The position numbers and the translations under genes were made by a program. Below are positions 20,769 to 30,293 of a DNA stretch of 64,000 bases, piece after piece (within the stretch, counting starts at the first letter, position 1; each line of letters starts with the position of its first letter). A model generated the notes under the pieces. The model made no database searches and was not told the origin of the DNA. It was given only the letters and a program-made list of their open reading frames with translations. The stretch comes from an uncultured Planctomycetota bacterium (GTDB lineage: Bacteria > Planctomycetota > Planctomycetia > Isosphaerales > Isosphaeraceae): the NCBI GenBank assembly GCA_963737655.1, contig CAVTTN010000002.1, positions 1,120,001 through 1,184,000 on the forward strand, in the 5' to 3' direction.

Positions 20769-21272
20769 ATGACGATTCGAATTGTCCCGGCCGCGATGGC
20801 CATCCTTGGCCTGATCGTCTCCGGGGCGAGGGCCGAGCATGCCAAGATCAACCTGGAGGTCTCTTCCGACGGGAAGAAGCAGGAGGCGTTCGTCGATCAG
20901 ACGCCGCCGGACTCGGGCAAGAATCCCCGGCCGGTCCTGAAGGCGAAGGCCGGGGCCACGATCAAGATCCAGTGGACGTTCACGAACGTCTATCCCCACA
21001 AGACGCTCGACGACGTGTTGCTCCACTCGTTCGTGGCGAGGGAGAAATCGGTGGGCCAGAAGGACCTGCCGCCGATCGACGACGACGTGGTCCTCCAGAC
21101 CGCGTTCCGGATGGACTTCAAGCCCGGCGCCAAGGCCGGGGCCAAGAGCACGCTGAGGATCACCGAGCCCGGCGTGTACCTGGTGAGGGTCGAGAGCCGC
21201 GAGACCGGCAGCGACCACGAGCATTTCGCGGCGATCGACCTGGTGATCGAGCCGGCCGACGGGGGGAAATGA
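20769..21272 (+). CDS. Secreted hypothetical protein (Ig/cupredoxin-like beta sandwich)
   Basis: Signal peptide ending ARA-EH, high-GC3 codon usage, C-terminal 'PGVYLVRVES...DHEHFAAIDL'. Confidence 0.7.
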   Translation: MTIRIVPAAMAILGLIVSGARAEHAKINLEVSSDGKKQEAFVDQTPPDSGKNPRPVLKAKAGATIKIQWTFTNVYPHKTLDDVLLHSFVAREKSVGQKDLPPIDDDVVLQTAFRMDFKPGAKAGAKSTLRITEPGVYLVRVESRETGSDHEHFAAIDLVIEPADGGK

Positions 21273-21315
21273 AATGACCGCCGAACCCGGGCGAGGGCCC
21301 GGCGGTCGGCGAGGC

Positions 21316-22308
21316 TCAGTGATTGTTGGGCCGGACGATGTCCTTCTCGGCGAACGGCCGGTCCTGGCGGGCGGGCTGGACGCCCATGTCCCGGACGCAA
21401 TTGATCAGGCCGGTGCCGCATCGGGCCGAGTAGCCGGCGCGGACCGGCAGGCCCGCCTCGACGCGGAGCTTGTTCTCGGAGAAGGCCAGGTTGGCGAACG
21501 GGGGGAGGCCGGTGGTCATGGCCTCTTCCTCCCAGCCGGTCTCGAACACGCGCCGGCCCTTCATGATCCGCCAGGCGTGGATCAGCTCGTGGCCGATGAT
21601 GATGTAGAGGGGGTCGTCGGGGTCCTTCGCCTGGGTGAAGACGACGCGCATCTCGGCGTCGCACCCCTTGCCCGACTCGATCACGTCGTAGAGGTACAGG
21701 CAGAGCTTGTAGTACTCGGTGTCGGGGATCGGCCGGGTGCCGTCCTCCATCTCCTGGAGCCAGGCCGGCGAGATCCCGATCAGGGCCGCGATCGCCGCCC
21801 GGGTCAGCCCGCTATTGAGGGCGTGGGCGCGGTCGAGGGCGTGGGTCAGGACCGACGTATAGGCCTGCTTGGGATTCACCCACATGCCTTCCTTCATCAT
21901 CTTCTTCAGCTTCGGCGCGGCGGGAGGCCGGATCGACTTGATGAACCGCTCCTCGGACGTCTTCATGTCGCCCGGGTAGGGGATCACGCAGCTGCCGTCG
22001 GCGAAGTTGTCGGCCCCGGAGATGATGTAGAGGACGTGGCCGCTGCCGTCGATCTCCGCGAGGAGCTGGGCCCCGGTCGGCAGGGTCTTGAGCTGGTCGA
22101 GCGAGGCGATCACCTTGGTGTTGAAGGCGGCCGCCACGTCGCCCATCATCGCGCTGGAGTCCGAGATCTTCTTGCCGATCCTCGTCTTGAGGACGATCCC
22201 GGCGCTGTAGTTGGTCTGGGTGTTGGTCTGGGAGATGGCATTGGGGTCGCGCTTCTCCCCGATCTTGACCCCCGACCGCCCCGGCGTGGTCCCCGAAACC
22301 CAGCTCAT
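21316..22308 (-). CDS. M91-like (NleD-type) zinc metallopeptidase with an internal HTH-like segment
   Basis: 'IIGHELIHAW', 'EEEAMTTGL', 'SENKLRVEAGLPVRAGY' match the M91 pattern. Confidence 0.75.
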   Translation of the reverse strand: MSWVSGTTPGRSGVKIGEKRDPNAISQTNTQTNYSAGIVLKTRIGKKISDSSAMMGDVAAAFNTKVIASLDQLKTLPTGAQLLAEIDGSGHVLYIISGADNFADGSCVIPYPGDMKTSEERFIKSIRPPAAPKLKKMMKEGMWVNPKQAYTSVLTHALDRAHALNSGLTRAAIAALIGISPAWLQEMEDGTRPIPDTEYYKLCLYLYDVIESGKGCDAEMRVVFTQAKDPDDPLYIIIGHELIHAWRIMKGRRVFETGWEEEAMTTGLPPFANLAFSENKLRVEAGLPVRAGYSARCGTGLINCVRDMGVQPARQDRPFAEKDIVRPNNH

Positions 22309-22579
22309 GGTCGCTCTCCTCGGCTCTGTGGGTCCTGGTCGTTCCGGGGACGTCGGCCCCGGACCGCAGGATTGCCCTTATACCAGGGTCGGGGCGCCGA
22401 TCCTAACGTGTTTGAGGTCGTGGTCTTTTTTTTATCATTTGCTTGATTAGCCCCGGTGGGACGGGGCGATCCGGCCCGCGGGGCCGTCGTCGCTTTCCGG
22501 GGGCGGCCGGGGCCGCTACACTGGAGAGGGACGGGAGACGGCCCGCCTTTGCGGGCCCCGGACCGGCCGAGCCCTTTGC

Positions 22580-24784
22580 ATGACCCTCTCGATCGACCCG
22601 ATCGTCGCCTGGCCGTGGATCGCGGCGGGGGCGGCGGTCGTCACGGCCCTGACGCTCTGGGCCTATGCCAAGAGGCTGCGAGACAGCCAGGGACGCTGGC
22701 GGTGGGTCGCCCTCTCCCTGCGGCTTTTGGCCGTCTTGATGTGCGTCCTGGCCAGCCTCCGGCCGATGGTCCTGTTCCAGAAGAAGGACAAGCAGACCTC
22801 CACCCTCGCCTTCCTGACCGACGCCAGCACGAGCATGACCGTCGGCGACGAGGCCGGCGGGCGGAAGAAGCGCTGGACCGCCGCGAGGGAGGCCCTGGCC
22901 GAAGGCCTGAAGGCCGCCAAGGACCTGGGCAAGAACGTCCAGAGCCACACGTATCGGTTCTCCTCCACGGTCTCCGACGACAAGCCCGACGACCTGGCCG
23001 ACCCCAAGGGGACCGAGACCGCCCTGGGCTCCGCCCTGGAGGAGACCCTCAAGAGGCAGACCGGCGGCCGGGTCCTGGCCCTGGTCCTGCTCTCCGACGG
23101 GTCGAACAACGCGGGGAGGCCGCCGAGCCTCGCCGCCGCCCGGCTCAAGGCCCAGGGCGTCCCGGTCGTCGCCGTCGGCTTCGGCACCCAGACGGCCGGC
23201 GCGTCGAAGGACCTGGCCGTCCGCTCGATGAACGCCGGGCCCACGGTCTACGTCAAGAACGAGATGGGCGTCAGCGGGATGATCGGCGCCCGGGGGTTCG
23301 CCGGGCGGGAGATCGAGGTCGAATTGCTGGTCGAGGGGGAATCCACGCCCGTCGATCGCAAGAAGATCCGCGTCCCCGAGAAGGCCACCGAGGTCCCCGT
23401 GACCGGCCTGAAATGGACCCCGACGAAGTCGGGAGAGACCCGGGTGGCGCTCCGCGTGAAGGAGGAAGAGGGCGAGGCGATCAAGACCAACAACGTCTTC
23501 AGCTCGTTCGTCACGGTCCTCGGCGGCGGCCTGAACGTCCTGTACCTCGCCGGCCCCACCGAGGTTTGGGAGACGCGGTACCTGGTCCGGGCCCTGGACG
23601 CCTCGCAGAAGATCCAGGTCACCCAGAAGAAGCTGGTGAGGCCGGCCGAGGCGGACATGGACGCCGACTTCGCCCCCAATGCCTATGACGTGTACATCCT
23701 CGGCGACCTCCCGGCCGACTTCCTCACCGACCTCCAGCAAAAAGCGCTGGTCCGGGCCGTGGTCAACCGGGGGGCCGGGCTGATGATGCTGGGGGGTCGG
23801 TCGAGCTTCGGCGCCGGCGGGTGGGCCGGGACCGACATCGGCAACATCCTGCCCACGGCCATCGGCCCCGGAGACGGCCAGATCGAGCCCCTGGACGGCC
23901 TGAAGGTCGTGCCCAATCCCCTGGGGCTGGATAGCTACGTGTTGAAGCTCGCGGGCAACCCGGCGGAGTCCCGGCGGATCTGGGAGTCCCTGCCCCCCCT
24001 GCGCGGGGCGAACCGGCTGGGCCAGGCGAAGCCGGCGGCGCTGATCTGGGTCCAGTCCCCCGACGGCGAGCCGCTGATGGTGGGGGAAGACGGGCCCGGC
24101 AAGGGCCGGGTGATCGAGTTCGGCGGCGAGACCTGGCCCTGGGCCCGGTTCAGCGAGGAGAGCCGGCTCGCCCACCTCAAATTCTGGCGACAGGCGATCC
24201 TCTGGCTCGCCCACAAGGAAGACCAGAACGATAGCCAGGTCCAGCTGGTCCTGGACCGCCGCCGGGCGCCCGTCGGCGGGCGGATCGAGCTCTCGGTCCT
24301 GACCCGCGACGCGAAGGGCGAGCCGCTGCCGGGCCTGAAGTTCGAGACCACCATCACCCGGGACGGGGCCAAGACGCCCCCCGAGCGAGGCCCCGAGGTG
24401 TTTGGCCAGTCCGGCGACGCCAAGGGCACGCTGTTCGTCACCGGACCGCCCGGCGACGCGAGGATCTCCGTCACGGCCAAGGACGCCGCCGGCAAGGTCA
24501 TCGGCACCGACTCCGCCCGGCTCATCGCCTACCAGGACGACCGCGAGCTCGAAAACCCCGCCGCCGACCTCAACCTCCTCCGCCAGGTCGCCGACCTCAC
24601 CGGGGGCAAGTACCTCGCGCCCGAGCAGCTCGGCGACTACCTCAAGACCCTGGATAAGGACATCGTCTCCGAGTACATCACCCAGCGCGAGGTGAGGGTC
24701 TGGGACAACTGGTATTTCCTCCTGATCTTCACCATCCTGCTGACGACCGAATGGTGGCTCCGAAAGAGGCACGGATGGGTGTAG
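22580..24784 (+). CDS. vWA plus glutamine-amidotransferase-like domain membrane protein (planctomycete family)
   Basis: 'TDASTSM', 'TALG', 'LLSDG..N' MIDAS; 'YDVYILGD', 'GLMMLGGRSSFGAGGW'; C-terminal TM 'EWWLRKRHG'. Confidence 0.8.
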   Translation: MTLSIDPIVAWPWIAAGAAVVTALTLWAYAKRLRDSQGRWRWVALSLRLLAVLMCVLASLRPMVLFQKKDKQTSTLAFLTDASTSMTVGDEAGGRKKRWTAAREALAEGLKAAKDLGKNVQSHTYRFSSTVSDDKPDDLADPKGTETALGSALEETLKRQTGGRVLALVLLSDGSNNAGRPPSLAAARLKAQGVPVVAVGFGTQTAGASKDLAVRSMNAGPTVYVKNEMGVSGMIGARGFAGREIEVELLVEGESTPVDRKKIRVPEKATEVPVTGLKWTPTKSGETRVALRVKEEEGEAIKTNNVFSSFVTVLGGGLNVLYLAGPTEVWETRYLVRALDASQKIQVTQKKLVRPAEADMDADFAPNAYDVYILGDLPADFLTDLQQKALVRAVVNRGAGLMMLGGRSSFGAGGWAGTDIGNILPTAIGPGDGQIEPLDGLKVVPNPLGLDSYVLKLAGNPAESRRIWESLPPLRGANRLGQAKPAALIWVQSPDGEPLMVGEDGPGKGRVIEFGGETWPWARFSEESRLAHLKFWRQAILWLAHKEDQNDSQVQLVLDRRRAPVGGRIELSVLTRDAKGEPLPGLKFETTITRDGAKTPPERGPEVFGQSGDAKGTLFVTGPPGDARISVTAKDAAGKVIGTDSARLIAYQDDRELENPAADLNLLRQVADLTGGKYLAPEQLGDYLKTLDKDIVSEYITQREVRVWDNWYFLLIFTILLTTEWWLRKRHGWV

Positions 24785-24927
24785 GGTGCATGCAATGCAC
24801 CAGCCACGCGGCGGCCATCGCCGCCTCCCCGATCCTCTCCGAGATCCCCTCCAATCACGAAGAAAACGAGCGATGCGGTAGGCGGCCTTTCGGCCGCCGC
24901 GTGGTTGGTGCATTGCATGCACCCTAC
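24781..24927. repeat. GTAG-type REP inverted doublet
   Basis: GTAGGGTGCATGCAATGCACCA...TGGTGCATTGCATGCACCCTAC; same unit at 53807-53909. Confidence 0.9.
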
Positions 24928-24939
24928 AGGACAATTCCC

Positions 24940-26388
24940 GTGGTCCCCGGACGTGCCTCCCTCGAAACGATCCTCCGACGCTGCGGGGTCGCCCTGTCGG
25001 CCCCGCAGATCGATCAGTTGTGGGCCTATCATCGCCTCTTGCGCGAGGCGAATGCTCGCTTGAATCTGACTCGCATCCATCAGTTCGAAAACATGGTGTT
25101 GAAGCACTACGTCGATAGCCTGCTCGTCCTGAATTTCACCGAATTGCCGTCGCCGCTGATCGACATGGGCTCGGGCCCCGGTTTGCCGGGAATCCCCCTG
25201 AAGATCGCCCGGCCGGGGGTGCGGATGATCCTGGCCGAACCCCGCGCGAATCGCGCCGAGTTCCTCCGCGAGACGTGCGACCGATTGGGTTTGGAGGGCG
25301 TGGAGGTCCAGGCGAGGAAGGTCAACGCGAAGTTCCCCCTGAAGGCCCGGGGGATCATCACCCGGGCCGTGGCGACGATCCCCGAGACCCTCGATCGCGT
25401 GGCCGGTTGCCTCGATGTCGGCGGCAGGATGCTGTTCATGAAGGGGCCCGATTGCTCCGACGAGGTCGCCGAGGCCGCGAAGTCCCACGCCGGACTCTTC
25501 CGCAAGGTCGGCGATCACGCCTATTCGATCCCCGGGACGACCCACGACCGGCGGTTGGTCGTCTACGAACGGCTCGAGGGCGAGGCGCCCGTTCGCGAGG
25601 ACGACCGCGAGGCCGTTTCGGCGTATTCGGGGCCGGTCCGCGAGGTCACCAGCGACGCGAACCCGACGTTCAAGGTCGCCCGCGACCTGCTTTCGGGCCG
25701 GGGCATCCGCAAGCATCAACAAGCCCTGATCGCCGGCTCCCGGATCGTGGCCGAGACCCTGGCCCGCCACCCGGAGAACGCCCTGGCGTGGCTGACGACG
25801 GCCGACGGCCCGCCCCCCCCGCCGGAATCGCCCCCCGGATTGACCTGGCTCCGCCTCGCCCCGGCGATGTTCGCCGAGCTCGACGCCTCGGGGACGCATT
25901 CGCCGTTGCTGCTGGTCCGCGTCCCGGCGATGCCGGAGTGGTCAGGATCGGCCGAATGGCCCGAGGGCTGCACGCTGTTCCTGCCGTTCCAGGACCCGGA
26001 GAACGTCGGCGCGGCGCTGCGATCGGCGGCGGCGTTCGGGGTCTCGCGAGCGGTCTTGCTGAAAGAAGCGGCCCACCCGTTCCACCCCAAGGCGGCGAGG
26101 GCGGCGGGCCCGGCCCTCTTCGCCGTGCCGATGCTCGCCGGCCCGTCGATCCGAGACCTCACCTCCGACCCAATCCCGATCTTCGCCCTCTCGGCCGACG
26201 GCCCGCCGATCGCCGGCCACTCGTTCCCCGAACGCTTCGGCCTCGTGGCCGGGATCGAGGGCCCGGGCCTGCCCGAGCATCTCCGCTCGGCGAACACGCT
26301 GAGCATCCCGATTGCCCCTGGGGTCGAATCCCTGAATGCGGCGACCGCCTTGGCCGTGGCGCTTTATGAATGGAAGAGGGGGATTTAA
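24940..26388 (+). CDS. rsmG: Fused 16S rRNA m7G527 methyltransferase RsmG and TrmH/SpoU-type RNA methyltransferase
   Basis: N-half 'LNLTRI...HYVDSL...DMGSGPGLPGIPL...TRAV...MKGP'; C-half 'FQDPENVGAALRSAAAFG...EGPGL...VESLNAATA'. Confidence 0.88.
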   Translation: MVPGRASLETILRRCGVALSAPQIDQLWAYHRLLREANARLNLTRIHQFENMVLKHYVDSLLVLNFTELPSPLIDMGSGPGLPGIPLKIARPGVRMILAEPRANRAEFLRETCDRLGLEGVEVQARKVNAKFPLKARGIITRAVATIPETLDRVAGCLDVGGRMLFMKGPDCSDEVAEAAKSHAGLFRKVGDHAYSIPGTTHDRRLVVYERLEGEAPVREDDREAVSAYSGPVREVTSDANPTFKVARDLLSGRGIRKHQQALIAGSRIVAETLARHPENALAWLTTADGPPPPPESPPGLTWLRLAPAMFAELDASGTHSPLLLVRVPAMPEWSGSAEWPEGCTLFLPFQDPENVGAALRSAAAFGVSRAVLLKEAAHPFHPKAARAAGPALFAVPMLAGPSIRDLTSDPIPIFALSADGPPIAGHSFPERFGLVAGIEGPGLPEHLRSANTLSIPIAPGVESLNAATALAVALYEWKRGI

Positions 26389-26607
26389 CCGCCAAGGCGC
26401 CAAGAACGCCAAGGAAAGGCAAGAGGAGAAGAGAGAGGAAGCAGAGAGGAGAAGAGAGAGGAAGAAAAGAGGAGAAGAGCTGAGGAAGAAAAGGGTAGAA
26501 GAGAGAGAAGAGAATCGTTCATCAAATTGCACTTGATTGCTTTCTTGTTCGCTCTCTCTTCTCCTCTTGCCTTTCCTTGGCGTTCTTGGCGCCTTGGCGG
26601 TTAAATC
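26382..26607. repeat. Long palindromic element with 9-nt periodic arms (CGCCAAG family) and a purine-rich interior
   Basis: GATTTAACCGCCAAGGCGCCAAGAACGCCAAGGAAAGGCAAGAGGAGAAGAGAGAG...CTCTCTCTTCTCCTCTTGCCTTTCCTTGGCGTTCTTGGCGCCTTGGCGGTTAAATC. Confidence 0.92.
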
Positions 26608-27113
26608 TTCCTCGCCTCACGGACCAGGTGGGGCAGCTCGGGCAGGATGATCCGCTCCATCGCCAGCTTCACCGCGGCTCGCGACCCCGGCATGACCAGC
26701 ACGACCATCCGGGCCATCAGGCCGCCGACGGCCCGGCTCAGGATCGTGGCCGAGCCGATCTCGGCGTAGCTCAGCATGCGGAACAGCTCGCCGAAGCCGG
26801 GCATGGGCTTCGTCAGGAGGGCCGAGACGGTTTCATACGTCTGATCGCGGGGGCTGATTCCGGTCCCCCCGGTCAAAAGGGCGGCGTCAAGGTCGTCGCG
26901 ATCCCTCCAGGCTTCCAAGAGGGGCCGCATCCGGTCGGGCTCGTCGGGCACGATCGCCCGTTCGACGATCCGATGGCCCGCCGCCTCGGCGAGCTCGACC
27001 ACCAGGGCGCCGGAGGTATCGGTTTCGACGGTCCGGGTGTCCGAGACGGTCAGGACGGCCAGGCGGAGGGACTTCGGCGATTCGGAGCGGTGCTGATCGA
27101 CGGCCGTGCTCAT
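26601..27113 (-). CDS. moaB: Molybdenum cofactor biosynthesis protein, MoaB/MogA family
   Basis: 'LTVSDTR...DTSG', 'TGGTGISPRDQT', 'PGFGELFR', 'LSRA', 'MPGS'. Confidence 0.88.
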   Translation of the reverse strand: MSTAVDQHRSESPKSLRLAVLTVSDTRTVETDTSGALVVELAEAAGHRIVERAIVPDEPDRMRPLLEAWRDRDDLDAALLTGGTGISPRDQTYETVSALLTKPMPGFGELFRMLSYAEIGSATILSRAVGGLMARMVVLVMPGSRAAVKLAMERIILPELPHLVREARKI

Positions 27114-27244
27114 GGCGGTATCCCTTGCAAAGATTGCCTATTTCACCAATTTCGCCCGACGATGGGAACGCGGTTGCCGCCCTTCCCGGGAATGCGGTAG
27201 ATTACCCGGGTGAGGCCAGGAACGTCCGGGCGGGAGGTCCGACG

Positions 27245-28647
27245 ATGACGCGAGCCGGGGTCTTCTCGATCGTTCTGGTCCTGGCGGCCTGGTGCGGAGG
27301 TCCCGTCCCGAGTTCTCGGGCCGATCGGATCGTCCTCCAGGGGGGCGAGATCAAGGGCGTGGTGATCCCCGACCCGGCCCGGCCCAGGAACGTGGTGGTC
27401 CTGACCGAGGGGTCGGCCCGGCCCCTGGTATTCGACAAGTCCCAGGTCGTCCGCGTGGTCCGCGAGACGAGCATCCTCGATGAGTACGTGTCGCACCGGG
27501 ACAAGGTCGAGCCGACGGCCCAGGCCCAGTACGATTTCGCCACCTGGTGCGAGGAGAACAAGCTCGCCGGGCTGGCCGAGCTGCACTTCCAGAAGGCCGT
27601 CGAGGCTCGACGCCTCGTTCGCCCCGGCCCACAAGAAGCTCGGGCACGTCCAGCAGGGCGACCGCTGGCTGACCTACGACGAGCAGAGGGCCGCCCAGGG
27701 GCTGGTGAAGGTCAAGGGTCGGTGGGTCTCGAAGGGCGAGAAGGAGAAGATCGACGCCAAATCGGCCCAGGCGGCCGAGCAATCGGCGTGGACCTCCCGG
27801 CTCAAGCTCCTCCGCCGCAAGCTCCTGTTCGACCCCGACACCCTCCAGAGGCAACAGGCCGAGACCCAGCTCGCCGAGATCAACGACCCGGCGGCGATCC
27901 CGGGGCTGCATCCAGATCTTCATCAACGACGGCGACGCCATGCGGATCCGCCTGGCCGAGATCATCGGCGGGATCACCGGCGTCGAGGCCACCGAGGCCC
28001 TGGTGCAGATGGTCGTCCGCGAGGCCGATCCCGACGTCCGCCAGTCGGCCGTGGACCAGCTCGGCCGCCGGGGCGACGAGGCGACGAGCCGCCTGCTGGC
28101 GGCGCTCAAGTCGAAGAACCCCGAGATCATCGGCCGGGCCGCGCTGGCGCTGTCCACGATGAGGGCCGTCCGCACCGTCCCCAAGATGATCGACGCGTTG
28201 ATCCAGACCGAGAAGCGGCTGTTCTTCTCCCAGGCCGACCCCACCGCCCCGCTGCCGAACACGCCGGCCTACGGGTTCGTCAGCAGCTCGACGCCGAACA
28301 TCCCGGCGAACATGCCGCCCGGGTTCGCGGCCGTCGGCTCGGTGCCGTATCTGACGGCGCCGGCCGTCGCCCCGGGCGTGATCGCCTTCGGAGGCGGTTC
28401 GGTCCCGGTCCCCGCCGGAGGGACGGCCACCCCGATGATCAATCAGGGTTCCTCCGACCCCAGGACGCCTCCGAGCGAGGTGCTGATGGTCTACCACAAC
28501 ATCGACGTCCGCCGGGCCCTGATCGAGCTGACCGGCGAGGACTTCGGGTACGACCAGGACGCCTGGAGGCAATGGGTCCAGAACTCGTTCCGGCCCGACG
28601 CCAACCGCCCTCAGCGGCGGGTGCCGCAGCCTCTGGGCCGGCGATAA
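27245..28647 (+). CDS. Secreted HEAT-repeat protein (frameshifts near 27604 and 27908)
   Basis: Three consecutive frames join into one protein: 'ADRIVLQGGEIKG...WCEENKL', 'AHKKLGH...GLVKVKGRWV', then HEAT repeats and 'LIELTGEDFGYDQDAW'. Confidence 0.75.
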
Positions 28648-28767
28648 GTCGGCCTCAACACCGCTCAACATTCGAGACGGGCGAACGAACATCGCTCTGA
28701 CCGGACGGCCCCCTCGTCGGGGAAAGGGCTCGCTCGGCCGGGATCGGTCCCTTCGGAGCCTCCTCAG

Positions 28768-30240
28768 ATGTCGATGATCGCCGCGTTCCTGGCCGTTTCG
28801 CTGTCGCTGGCGGACGAACCCGCGAAGCCCGAACTCCCTCTGGTGATCGCCCATGTGGAGGTCGTGGATCTCGACAGCCGAGGGCCTCTCCGCGATGCCT
28901 CCGTGGTCGTCAAGGAAGGCCGGATCGTCGCTGTGGGCAAGTCGGGCGAGATGGCGATCCCCGACGGGGCCCGGACGATCGATGGCACCGGGAAGTTCCT
29001 GATCCCCGGTTTGTGGGATATGCATGTTCACTTCAGCAACGCGACGTCCATGCCGCTGTTCCTGGCCAACGGCGTGACGGGCGTGAGGGTGATGTGGGGC
29101 AACCCGTCGTTCGGCTTCCCGATGGGGCCCTATCACTTCCGCTGGCGATCACAGGTCGAGGAGGGGACGCTCCTGGGGCCAAGGATGGTCGTCGCGAGCA
29201 ACATCATGGACGGCCCGAAGCCGATCTGGCCGTCCTCACTGGGGCTCGACTCACCGGAGAAGGCCCGCGAGGCCGTCCGCAAGGCCAAGACCGAGGGCGC
29301 GGACTTCATCAAGGTCTACTCCAAGCTTTCGCCCGAGGTCTTCCGCGCGATCGCCGAGGAGAGCAAAGCTCAGAACATCCCCTTCGCCGGGCACGTGCCC
29401 TCGAGCGTGTCGGCCCGGGAGGCGTCAGCCCTCGGTCAGAAGACGTTCGAGCACCTGTACGGAGTCCTCGCCGATTGCTCAACCGGCCGCGATGAGATTC
29501 TGGTCAGGCGAGGGGCCTTGATCGCCTCAGGGAAGGACCTCGACGCTCTCCAGAAGGAGCTGGCCAAGCTCGACAACCAATCGCGGGAGACGTTCGACGA
29601 GGCCCTCGCCGCCGACCTCTTCGCGACGCTGAAGAAGAACGGGACGTGGCAATGCCCCACGCTCACGGTCCTCCGCGCGATGGCCTCGCTCGATGACGAC
29701 GCCTTCCGCAACGACCCGAGGTTGAAGTATACCGACGCGATGACCCGATTCCGATGGGACCCGAAGAACGACTTTCGGCTGAAGTCCTGGACCGCGGAAG
29801 ACCACGCGCGTCAGAAGGCGAGTTTCGCGAGGGCCTTGGACTGCGTGGGACGGCTCCACCGCGCCGGGGTGCCGATCCTGGCCGGGACCGACGAGCTGAA
29901 CCCCTACGTCTTCCCCGGGTTCAGCCTTCACGACGAGCTCGCCTTGCTCGTCCGAGCCGGCCTCTCGCCCCGCGAGGCGCTCGAGGCCGCGACGATCAAT
30001 CCGGCGAAGTTCCTCGGCAAGGAAGCGACGATGGGCACGATCGAGCCGGGCAAGGCCGCAGACCTCGTCCTCCTGGACGCCGATCCGACGGCCGACATCG
30101 CCAACTCGACGAAGATCCGCGCCGTGATCGTCCGGGGCCGGCTCCTCGATCGCGGCGCCCTCGACGCGATGCTGAAGAAGGTAGAGACGCCCGCGCCCGC
30201 CTCGGGGCCTGCCCCGGGCGGGTTCTGCCCGGAGCATTGA
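28768..30240 (+). CDS. Amidohydrolase family protein (secreted)
   Basis: 'IDGTGKFLIPGLWDMHVH', 'GADFIKVY', 'AGTD', 'GTIEPGKAADLVLLD'. Confidence 0.9.
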   Translation: MSMIAAFLAVSLSLADEPAKPELPLVIAHVEVVDLDSRGPLRDASVVVKEGRIVAVGKSGEMAIPDGARTIDGTGKFLIPGLWDMHVHFSNATSMPLFLANGVTGVRVMWGNPSFGFPMGPYHFRWRSQVEEGTLLGPRMVVASNIMDGPKPIWPSSLGLDSPEKAREAVRKAKTEGADFIKVYSKLSPEVFRAIAEESKAQNIPFAGHVPSSVSAREASALGQKTFEHLYGVLADCSTGRDEILVRRGALIASGKDLDALQKELAKLDNQSRETFDEALAADLFATLKKNGTWQCPTLTVLRAMASLDDDAFRNDPRLKYTDAMTRFRWDPKNDFRLKSWTAEDHARQKASFARALDCVGRLHRAGVPILAGTDELNPYVFPGFSLHDELALLVRAGLSPREALEAATINPAKFLGKEATMGTIEPGKAADLVLLDADPTADIANSTKIRAVIVRGRLLDRGALDAMLKKVETPAPASGPAPGGFCPEH

Positions 30241-30293
30241 GGACACGTCGGGCCCGCGAGTTCGGGCCCGACCGAATTTCCTGGCCGCTCGAC

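Noticed and set aside
26405..26515. CRISPR array, or the small ORF 26336..26536
   Set aside because: Degenerate purine repeats without unique spacers and no cas genes; the ORF is just translated repeat.
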